Assembly (NCBI GenBank): GCA_020137815.1
Contig: CM035351.1
Coordinates: 7,812,001 to 7,876,000 of the forward strand
Source: Hormiphora californensis
Taxonomy: Eukaryota; Animalia; Ctenophora
Reading direction: 5' to 3'
DNA length: 64,000 nt
The position numbers and the translations under genes are program-made. Below the pieces are notes generated by a model. It was given only the letters and a program-made list of their open reading frames with translations. It had not been told where the DNA came from and ran no database searches. Shown in pieces: positions 37,034-48,272 of the stretch; positions within the stretch are counted from its first letter, which is position 1; each line of letters begins with the position of its first letter.

Positions 37034-37086
37034 GTTCATTGATAGTGCATTTACCAGCATCATTGGATACGTTGGTGGGTAATCTA
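37034..37086 (+). mobile_element. Polinton pPolB exonuclease fragment
   Basis: FIDS/HLPASLDTLVGNL (FIDS...SL..LV.NL motif, one frameshift), directly after the acceptor-like TTATTCTTTCTAG. Confidence 0.55.
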
Positions 37087-37371
37087 AAATCATGAGGAAC
37101 CACACAATTCAATATTTTCGATGAAAAAAACGGATCTAGAACAACCGCCCACTATCTTTATAGAGACACGGGATCCTTATGAACGTTGAATATAGAAAAG
37201 TACTGTGGGGTGGGAGGAGCGAATCTCTTAGAATGCTAAGAGGAGAAAATGCAGAGGATCTATCTATCTATAGATCGAGAGAGAGAGATGAAAATACGCA
37301 GCAATCTATGTCGGCTGAAATAAGAATAATTAGCTAGCAAGAACAAAACATCGAGATTAAACACAACTATG

Positions 37372-37700
37372 CTTGGATGTGACACCACCAGTTCCATATT
37401 CAGGCAGGGCAAAACATAGCTACTGAAGAAATTGCCCGCTGTAGCAGCTGATTTCCTCAAGTCTTTCTACGAACCCGGAATCACAAAAGAGGAGGCTACT
37501 GTATTCGGAGAGAAGCTTCTTCTCCAACTTGTTGACAAACGTGGCACTTGCAGGACCCTGGATAAGCTGAGAGTGAGGAAGTTCATGACAAAACAGGGAA
37601 CTAGCTGCCAGCAGCTACCACCCACATCAGCTGCGTTCGGACAACACTCCCTCCGAGTATAACATCAAGTTCAAGAGTGGATGGGTACAAGGGAAAACTA
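37372..37700 (+). mobile_element. Academ-type XPG-like nuclease fragment, longest copy
   Basis: LGCDTTSSIFRQGK*..LLKKLP..GEKLLLQL..LPPTSAAFGQHSLRV*HQVQEW, with in-frame stops. Confidence 0.7.
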
Positions 37701-38920
37701 AGCTACTGAAGCAATCACAATGCCCTTCTACGTGGAGACATCATCTCAATATCAGTTACTTGTTGAGTAAATTAGGGCTTACTACAAGAATTACTGAAAT
37801 AGAAATTAGAAATTAGCGTATAATGTAATACTTTCAATGTAGTGGTACGGTCATGGGCGCAGGACGAAGAACTGCAGCAGGGAATCCCTTAATTAAAGTA
37901 TATTTGCAGCGAGCTTGTGAAAACCATCTAGTAGAAGAATAGTCATACATAGGACATACATCATACATATAGGACCAGCAAAATGGAAGATTACGGAAAC
38001 ATGCAATGACACGTTTATCGAAGGACACGACAGATCTAGTAGAGGAAGAAGACCTGATGATGTTATGAACAATATTATTGTCAATCTAGACGATGATGGG
38101 GATCCAGTGGATCATGACATAATGACCATATACAGGGGGCTCCACTCAGCTCTAACTACACCAGGATTCCTTCCGGGGTCCACCCAGTTCTAATTTAACG
38201 ATGTACATTTGATGCTTTTGTGGCGCCGGTTCCATGTCAATTGATAGACCATATTCATTTAGCAAGGGATGGCCTTCACCTTGGTTACCCTGGTATCCAG
38301 CTGTATAGAAAGGCCACTATGGTATCTGTAATGAACAAGAAGGCCTGAGGGATTGCTGAAGATAAACCTGCAGTAATACAGGTGCCTAAAATTCAAAAGA
38401 ATCGGCAAGGTTATGGAGGCACTGATTGCGAATAAGGCATCTCTAGTAATTCAAAGTTATTCTCTACGTTATAACTTTGAATTGTAACAGTATTTATACC
38501 ATTAATTTTAAGATCTATTGATACACTTAATAATATCCAACTGTAACACTATAGTTTAAAGCACCAACGATTGAAGGGGTCTAACAGTGGCACTTATTAT
38601 ATCTTGATACTGTATTCCACAGACCACGGAAATGAAGGTAAACATAAATTAAAGGTAATAAAAATAACCCAAACACAGAAGCTCGGAATCAGTAAAGTGT
38701 ATATAAAAAGTGTATATATAATGGTATCTGCAGGACACACCCAAGCTGGGAATGAAACCCCTGACAATGAGACGGAGACATACGATAGTGTGTTGAGTGT
38801 GAATAGGATAATAATAGGATAGTACATAGTACATAGGATAGTACATAGTACATAGTAGTAATACTATCTATTTTTGTTTAAACGGGCATATTATTCATGT
38901 GGGATCACAGATTATTATCA

Positions 38921-38988
38921 CCGTATGACACAAGACCACGTTGCCACTATTGCAGAAAACCAGGGCATAAGGTCAAATTCTGGAAAGA
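38921..38988 (+). pseudogene. Paralogous zinc-knuckle exon remnant
   Basis: RPRCHYCRKPGHKVKF-TG followed by GAAAGA, which looks like a mutated GTAAGA donor at the same codon position. Confidence 0.5.
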
Positions 38989-39322
38989 TGTTTATTCAAA
39001 GTTTAAGAATGCCTTTTAACCTTGATTCCACCCAGTCACCTACCAGTTATGTATTTAAATGTATGAAATTATTGACATAACTATAACCTTTCTAATTTCA
39101 GCCGCATTAAGAGGAAGAACAACTCTAACAACAGTGATAGAGATCAATGAATCAGAGTTGGGAACATGGATAAATGATTGAGTGATCTTACTAAGCGAAG
39201 CAGGTGTCAACTTTTCTTGGGAGAGAGAAAGAGAGACACTTGCTTTTGAGAGAAGAAAAAACTGAAATGTGGGATCATGTGGGATCACAGATTATAGGTT
39301 TACACACGAATACTATAGTTAA

Positions 39323-39628
39323 GTGGCAAATCTTTATTATTATGAAGATGGCAGAGGACGAGGGATAGTTGCCGGTTATCGACTTGGTAGGGGCAGGTGG
39401 TACCCGCTAGGTAGGCCGGATGAACCTAGGGCAGGGAAGCACGAGTGTGCCCGGTGGGGCTGCAGGGAGGTATCATGGGACACGGGGGTTCATCAGATCT
39501 TGGGGGCCAGGCTTTGCTTCTTCTGTTGGGAAGACTTGGAGAGGGCCTGGGTGGATGTCCGGGTGGGGCGTTCAATTATGGACATTAAGGGGTACGAAAA
39601 CCCATGGGGTACCGGTGAGGTGTGCTGA
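39323..39628 (+). CDS. Unknown Cys/Trp-rich small-protein family B, copy 2
   Basis: CARWGCREVSWDTGVHQILGARLCFFCWEDLERAWVDVRVGRSIMDIKGYENPWG. Start codon uncertain. Confidence 0.55.
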   Translation: MANLYYYEDGRGRGIVAGYRLGRGRWYPLGRPDEPRAGKHECARWGCREVSWDTGVHQILGARLCFFCWEDLERAWVDVRVGRSIMDIKGYENPWGTGEVC

Positions 39629-40128
39629 GTGGAGGAATTGGACGGGGTCGATGATTATAGGAGAGAAAATAAAACATCTCATAAACTTCCCCATAAGAAA
39701 GGCGCTGGTAATATAATTTATAATAATATATGCTCCTGAGTGAGGGAAATATTTAAAAAATGAGTATAATGAATTGGTCTAAGGATATTACAAAATGCCT
39801 TGCCAATGTTTACACCGTCAAAGAGACTTTCGAAAGCTTTTCGGATTACCATTACTTGCGAACCAATGAGAAGTTTTGCACTTGTAACGAGCAACTCTGT
39901 CCCATTCGCCTTAAATCCTATTGTGTGGGGCCCCACGAGCTTTCTGTAGTGGAATTTCTAAACGAAAATGTAGATATGTTTTTACCTTAGGATAGGGGCA
40001 CACTCTTATACCTTGTCATTCTAAGGTGTTTGTGGAAAAAATTACTTCTCCAAAAAAACGAGTTTCTGTTCTAACTGGTTATCCCAAACACACCGTGAAA
40101 AAGGTCTGCAGCAAGCGTATCACGGGGG

Positions 40129-40358
40129 ATTACGGGGGCTCGTATAGATCGCCCGTATAGATCGCCCGTACCAGTCGCCCGTACATTTGCTTTGCGCATT
40201 ACGTTTCACCACACTTTCACCACAACAAAACACCTGCGCGTAACGCGCATGTACCTTATTTGTGGTGAAAGTGCGATGAAACGTAATGCGCAAAGCAAAT
40301 GTACGGGCGACTGGTACGGGCGATCTATACGGGCGTCTCATCCGGGGCCCCGTAATCC
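40129..40358. mobile_element. Foldback MITE-like palindrome
   Basis: CCCGTATAGATCGCCCGTACCAGTCGCCCGTACATTTGCTTTGCGCATTACGTTTCA mirrored by TGAAACGTAATGCGCAAAGCAAATGTACGGGCGACTGGTACGGGCGATCTATACGGG. Ends are approximate. Confidence 0.8.
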
Positions 40359-40909
40359 GCTGCCTATTAAAGCCCTTGATATCCCCGTAGAGCATGGTCA
40401 AACGCCTTATAAGTGGAACTTCCACTGGAAGGGGCTGTTAAGTTAGGGTTGGAGGATTGACGGCGGACGACATTAAGTTATTGGGCACCAGACTCATAAA
40501 TAAAGAGACCCAGAATGCCCAGGAGAGCAAGGTTGAGATTATCCAATATTACAAGGAACTTGTGAAACATACCAACGGGACATGTAAAGAGCAAGATTGC
40601 ACTGGACAACTTCTTCTCAATGTGTCTGGTTAGTGGTTTTGGTGACACATGGAAAACCTATAATCATGGACAGGATTCTGCTTTGTACAGAAAAAGGACA
40701 TGGAACAGAATATAATTATCGTGATTATAAGATCTAAAAAAGGTTGTATTGGTCTGTATCCTGGCCATTAGCCAGTTAAAACTGTGCATGTGCTTCACAT
40801 CAAGAAGTCTTGGTGACATTATATGACTTAGTATTTAACCATTCAGTATCACTATTTTCATCTTTTATGCATTTTTGAGGTTTGAACCTGTTTTTCATAC
40901 TTTTTTCAT

Positions 40910-41017
40910 ACTTTTTTGTCGTATATTTTGTCACATATTTTGTCACATCTTTTGTCACATCTTTTGTCACATCTTTTATCGCATCTTTTGTCACATATTT
41001 TGTCACATCTTTTGTCA
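40910..41017. repeat. 12-bp tandem repeat (paralogue at ~34310-34410)
   Basis: CATCTTTTGTCA units inside the duplicated 33985-34540 / 40575-41190 segment. Confidence 0.85.
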
Positions 41018-41439
41018 TTCTCACATTGCGGGGTTACTGCCCTAGACCCTAGTAGTTCCCTAGTATGTAATATAGTTCCCTTGTTTGGAATTGGCACAAG
41101 TGTTTATAACTTAAAGTGACATTTTTTACTTTAGTCATAAAAAGCTACCTACTATACTGCAGGGTAGAACTAAGGGATATTGTGGCAGCTCCCAGTACCG
41201 GCCTTTCTACCCTGCATACGAGATGACAACAAACATCATTTCGTGTTTATAAAGATCGTCAATGCGTTACTTCGCAAAAACAACACCTGAAATACAGAAC
41301 AACACTATTGTTTAAGGTAGTTTATGATATCTCGGGTTTTTCCTGTTTCAATTATTATAATTATAATACTAATCTAATCCATGATGATCTATTCATACAT
41401 AAATCACTTGATATGATAATAGTGCTACTAAGCATTTGA

Positions 41440-42766
41440 TATTTTCTCGAGGTGTTTTCACCCCATCTTGCTGAAATTCCGACCACAGCCGATGCAGTTT
41501 CCTAAGGACGATTTCATGAAATTTGACAATTGGGGCAGGACAATTCCTATACCCACATATAATATCACTGCATGTAGATCTCTGATTTCCAACAGCCACC
41601 TCTAGCTTAAGGAGATAGCAGCTAAAAATACATACAAGGATAGTGAGGCAGGAGTGAAGGCACAGAGAAATGGAACAGCTGCAAAGGAAAAAAGTGAGGA
41701 AGGGACAGAAAATTGCTGAGCAATAATAACAGCTTGCTTCGAACGCTTCACTCTCGATGAGGATAAATTTATTTAGAATAATTTTATTATTAAATTTTAT
41801 TGTTATTTAGTATAACTTAGCCATTCTCCAGGGACATCTGTTGACCACCTTATCGAATCAACATTAACGAAATATATGTTCCTAGTGGTGGGCAACTATT
41901 TGGTGGTAAACACGTTATATAGTGTTTGCAGGGGATTTGCTTCAACTTCCCCCAGTTATGGCCAGTCTCCCTGTGTTACTTTGCCAGAAATAGAAGTTTA
42001 TAAGTTGACTAACGGGCTACCTCAGGAAATTTACCTTTGGCAACATTTTGAATTTAAGGAACTGCCCATCAATACCTTACCGGAAAGGATAAGAAGAAAA
42101 AGAGAATAGATACCAGCAAAGAGTTCCAAATCATATTGGGGAAAATGGAAGAATCTGCATTGTTTAAGGAACACCTCGAAGGACGGAACGGATTCCCCGG
42201 CTTCGAAGAGGTCAGTCAGAACCTATTTGTCCAAACTGCTAAAAAGTGTATATCGAGACAGAATAATATCTTAATAGACTGAATCATTTTAAAATCATTG
42301 TACAAGAAAGAGCTTTACATACTTGTTTTCCGTTAGTTCAAGACTCTATACCTATATGATAACTAAGTTTTTTTGTAGATATTACGAGGGGGGGGGGGTT
42401 CATGAGTCACTGGTAGATCACTACCTGTCAGTTGCCGAGATCGAACCTTCTGTCGTATGCCTTCTACCTAAACGATATATAATGGTTAAAGATTTTAACG
42501 GGGCTATAATGGCACGTAATTTCCCGGATGCAGAAAAGGTCGAGGCGGTAGATGAGGTGGAGCAATCAGGGAGGAAAAACAAGAAGTTGGAGAAGAACAT
42601 TATGGACGCAGTAAAAAAGTTAGACGACGAAGGGGATGACAGGAACACAGGAGCTCTAGAAAAAGTTCTCTTTCTAGCCCCGGGTGTAAGGTGCATGTTG
42701 AGGCAAAATCTTGATGTACCCAATGGATTGACAAACGGCACAATCAGAACTATTGTGAAACTTTAG
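41440..42766 (+). mobile_element. Degenerate Helitron-type Rep/PIF1 helicase remnant
   Basis: VFAGDLLQLPPV (~41925-41960), LWQHFEFKELPIN, and TGALEKVLFLAPGVRCMLRQNLDVPNGLTNGT (PIF1 2B region). Many stops and frameshifts; the Rep part is only weakly recognisable. Confidence 0.8.
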
Positions 42767-43885
42767 AGAGACAACGTAAATCAGTACCTTTCATACAATT
42801 ACATACACATTTCCAACTCCAGCCACATAGAACAGGATTTCTATGGCCAATCAGCTGGAGCTGTTGAACCTTATCAGCGAGCATATGAGAGTTCAGTGCT
42901 CTGATAAAGAGGCACTGTGCAAAGACTGCTGTACCCACTGTCTATGGATGAGTAAAACAGTAAATATATGATTTGTTGTTAGGCTAAGTTATTAGTAGTA
43001 GAATTAAAAACTGTGGTAACAAGAAAAGAAGATCTTTTGTCAGTGTTGGGCGTCACAATGACAGCAGAACTTGGAAAATTATATTAAATTACTAACAGTT
43101 ATATGTACTAGAAAATGAGCTCACAATTGGAGTGCTACCGGAGCTATCAAAGTTGGCAAGTCTGCTGGAAAGACTTGTAGTAAATGAGAACACAGTGGGA
43201 AACTAACAGTATTAGTAACCGAAAATTATACTTCTAATTACTCTAAATTGCTAGAGTATCTCTGCTGGGGAAGTTTTGTGCGGCAAATCGCTTGGAGACA
43301 TCTTTGAATCTACCGGAGATAATTCACAACTTTCAGATCCTAACTGCGATGTTACAATTGCAAAAAAAATAGGACACAAGGGAAGATCTTCTGTCAGTTT
43401 GTAGGGCATCACGCTGACAGGAGAACTTAGAAAATTATATTAGATCATTTATTATAGGTACTATCACAAAATAGGACGGTTAATAACCGTCGGTTATACT
43501 AATCGAGGTTCTAGAAAATGAGCTCACAATGGGAGTGTGACAGCTTTTTTGGGAAGAACTGCTCGAAATGAAAGGGATGGTTACACGATCCTATTGGTTC
43601 GATAGGATACAGTGGATACACCAGACACAGAGTTAATTGGCGTGATATCATGTCTTAAGGGGGTTCAGGTGAATGCTGGATTAAACAACTATAGTACACT
43701 AGGCAAAGATAAATTGGAGATGAGCTTGATAACGAGATAAAGAAGGTGATGCTACAGTGTACAACAATTTACAGCTATGGTCATGTGGGCTGCGACTATC
43801 TACATCGATTTAAGGAGTCTGAAACCACCAAATGCGATGCGACGGGGCTCGGCAGGAGTACATACCAGAAAACACTTATAAATTT

Positions 43886-45057
43886 ATTTAGAGCAAAAAC
43901 TAATTGAAATTAGTTCGCCAGAAAGGTGGCCCATTTTGAACTTACTCCTTCATTTCCGTCACCTTTGAGTTGAGACTTCAAAGACATTGAGGTATCCTTA
44001 AACTTTTCCGCCTTCAACTCAAAGGTGACGGAAATGAAGGAGTAAGTTCAAAATGGGCCACCTTTCTGGCGAACTAATTTCAATTAGTTTTTGCTCTAAA
44101 TTTGTACTCTTTTTGGTCGTTTGAGGTCATTTATGACCTCAAACAACTAAGCTATTTGTCAACTAAAGTGTTCAAATGTAATTCAAATGTACCTGGGTTG
44201 TAGGAAACTGATTTGACGAAATTTTCAAAATTCGACGTCGTTTTGACGTCGTGACGTCACATGTGACGTCACGACGACGTAAAAAAATTATGACAGACTA
44301 TTCGACCAATGAAGCACTAAACGTGTGAAAAGTTTTAAAGGCCATGGTAGTCAAGAACTGAAGTTATTGCACGAAATGTGAGTTTTGGATGTGGATTTTT
44401 ATATCAAACTTTTGAGTTCCGACGCGTTTTAAGGTCTGAAAATGACAAGTTAGAAAAATTTGCGATATAGTATCTGAAAGTTCAGACAATTTGCCACTAA
44501 CGATTTTCCGTCAAATCAGGAATTGGAAAATGTCTTGATGGTGCTAGAGGCGTTTGAAAATATTTGGTCTAAGATTTTTCAATGACGTCACTTTGTGACG
44601 TCATTACGCCCGTCATAGTGGACATTTTCACTTGAAACCTTAACTAATGCATGCCCCGAACGATTTCCTAACGGATAAAACTTGGTTCAAGTCTCTAGCT
44701 AGTATGGTTCAGGCTACAAGTGTTACACCGTGAAGCGTCTATAGCTATATATATATATATATCTATCTATCGCCACACTGAATTTTCTGTTTTGGGGGTG
44801 GTGTCATAACTTGCGACCGGAATGAGCTAGCTACTTGAAATTTTTACCGTCAGTAGAGGTCTATGTGAAGCTTCTTAGTACCAAATTTAAGCCTCCTAGC
44901 TCATCTAGTTCCGGAGTTAGGAGGGGTCGAAAAGTGCCAAAATGGGCTAAAACTTCAAAATTGTTATATCTACGCTGTTGGCAAGCGGGCCCACTTTTTC
45001 GGGAAAAGTTTTAGGGGGGAGGGGATGGGGCCACCTTTGCGCTTGCCAGCGCAGTGA
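43886..45057 (+). mobile_element. Non-autonomous Helentron/DINE-1-like element, copy 1
   Basis: 5' hairpin 43886-44101 containing AAAGGTGGCC/GGCCACCTTT. 3' subterminal GGCCACCTTT followed by stem-loop GCGCT-TGCC-AGCGC and AGTGA. Confidence 0.7.
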
Positions 45058-45882
45058 TAATAAAGTAATATGAATTACATATCATACAAGACCAACTACT
45101 AATTTTTGCTAGCTGGAGATTTTACCAACCACCCACACAAAAGAAGCAAGACTACCAATGTGAGAACTAGAAAGTGAGACTACTGCAGCAGAAGTGGTGG
45201 TGGTAGTTTTATAGGTCTAACATGTAGAGACTTCTCACCTCTCTATAATCACGTGATTGGTGCAGGGAGTCTCATTACACTATTTCGCCCACCACCACCA
45301 CCATCATCATTACGTGGGAGGGCTAACGGTTTTCACATGGATACACACTAGCTCTAATGAGGTCTACTGGTAGTAGTTACTGCAGCACATCCCCCACTAA
45401 TGAGGGTGATCTACAATAATAATAACGGTAATAGTTCACATGGATAACGCCCTGATGAGGTTCTATAGTTACGAGGGGGCGCTATACATGCGAACATCCC
45501 CTCAGGGGGGACATGACACACATTTTAACACACAAGAAGAATTACTGGCCCAGGCCAATATCATCCCAATAAAAACATGTCACTTATGACACATCAATAA
45601 TATGCTACAGCAATATGCCACAGCAATGTGACTCACAGAGCACAAAAAGGGGAGCAGCCAATGTGACTGGGACATATGAGAACACTACAAGAACAAAGGG
45701 TGATACGCGAATACTACAGGCAAGATAAGGATTGTCCCTCATCACTCTCTCTCTCACGTGTCATACAATCACGCCACTTGCACCACCGACCACGGGAAAC
45801 CACTTCCTAACAACGGCTACCCCTCTCTTTCATTCTTTTGCTCTCCCCCATTCTATTATATAATATTTTCTCTTTCTCTCCT

Positions 45883-45920
<38 letters not shown>

Positions 45921-46082
45921 CTTCGCTTTCATTCTCTCCCTCTCAGATCTCCCCTTTCTCTCTATCTTTCTCTAGCTCCCACCTTTAAGTTTTTCTCTTT
46001 CTCCACCTCTCCCTCTCTCGCAAGTCTCTATCTCTCCCACTTTATCACGTTATGATGGTTCATGCAGTGCAACTCAACCACT

Positions 46083-46129
<47 letters not shown>

Positions 46130-47094
46130 CCTCTCAATAATTTAAGACCCAGACCCTGAAAATCCACAAAGCTAAACATCAAGTATTTTCCCAGAATCTA
46201 TAGCTTTAGCTCAAGTGGATAGCCAGTACTTGAAGTTGATCTATATGTCTGTCAGAACATTGACCAGCTATTCTCATTTCGCGCGAGAGCTGTGGTCACT
46301 GGTCAGAGCATTGGCCTGACAGATCTATGTAGGGTCAGAATATGGGTGTTTCTCTGGCCTTGTGTGAGCTGCCGAACCGCGAGGTAGTCCGAACTAGAGA
46401 ACCCTGCAGCCTATAAATTTAATGGCTGCTCTTGTTAATATTGGTGGGAATTACACCACGTAGTTCAAGTAATTAGTAATCATGGCTGATATAATGACAC
46501 TCATTCACACCTGATTACCTTGACGATGTGATGTAATGATCTCTGTATCATATATGTGGTCACCATTTCAACTTCTCCCAGCTGTAGTTCGTACACCAAG
46601 ATCTCATCACTCTCCCTGTTGGAGAGAAATTTGAATAAGTCATGATCATGATTTGCATGCTACTCACAAAAGTAGTCTAGTTGGATCAGATCATTATAAA
46701 TGTGATGCTGCATTCTCACACTTATCTTCACCTCCATTCTGATTGTGTGATTATTATATAGCCATGATCTTAGTCTCTCCCACTTTGATATATCCCATAC
46801 CCAAGTTCTTTTCATGACGGAGTTGATCTGGAATTTGAACTTCTTCAATCCCCGATAAAACAGCTCTCCGAAGAGAACATGTCCCTGCATAATTGACTCC
46901 CTTCATTCATTCACTATAATCACATCATCAGGAACTAGCAGTACTAATAGCCAGCCGTAATGGTAGTATGATCTGAATAGTAAGTATAATTATTCATGAT
47001 ATCCGGATATATCTCTTATCTCTATTCTATACCTGGCTAGCTTCTCTTTGATTGATTGACGTTATGATCAAATGGCCATCCATCTCTCCCACCA

Positions 47095-47154
<60 letters not shown>

Positions 47155-47490
47155 AGCAACCGGAAAGCTACTTGACTTCCCCAACTTGAAACTCTTTCTT
47201 TCCTCTCCCATCCTACCGAGTACTCATGCTGCTGCACATGTGTGTCTCTTTGCCGATTGGTCGTGTAATCTATGCAAGCTCGGGTGAAGAAGAGCTGGTT
47301 AGCTTGTCACAGGAAGAGAGAGAGAGAGAGAGAAAGAGAAAGAACGATAGAGAGCTAGAGAGAGAGGGAGAGAGAGAGAGTGAGAGAGAGAGACTGCTCT
47401 CTCACAGTGAGCCAATTAATTATCGAGCCTGACTAATTCTTGGTGAGAGAGAATATGATAAAGATAGAGAGAAAACAACTGCAGGGTCTC

Positions 47491-47680
<190 letters not shown>

Positions 47681-48159
47681 AAGAGGGAGAGAGAAAGAGG
47701 GAGAGAGATAGATCATCACTTCATCTCGATATATAGTGATCAGTCGATTGACACAATATAATACAGCTTAGATAGCGATATCGGAGCAGATCAAGCTATT
47801 CTGCAGATCCCCCAGTTGTACTATATATACGTCATACTAAATTGGTTGTGCCGCCGCGGGGATCAAGTCAAATTGGGATCAGTACTAGTGAAATTATCGT
47901 GCAATTATAATTGCGGCTCTATTTTCCAAAGACTAAATTACCTCTGCTGCAGATGGTATTAACTCGCCTGATTGTTTGCCCTAATAATACACAATTTCAT
48001 TGTTGACTATAATATCCCTCTCAGCTAGTGTTATATGCCACGTTCCTAGTACCGGTCTAGTTACATGCCAATAGCTGGTTCGCACGAGATCACTTCGCTT
48101 GTGTGTGTGGGGGTAATATATAATGGTAGGTGTGGGCTGGTGACTTGACTAATCCCCAT

Positions 48160-48272
<113 letters not shown>

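Noticed and set aside
40800-41119. TKDV / CDKR / LSHL repeat ORFs
   Set aside because: They are products of a 12-bp tandem repeat that is open in several frames.
43740-43800. Degenerate QC....YGH zinc knuckle of a LINE ORF1
   Set aside because: Two of the four ligands are missing; insufficient evidence.
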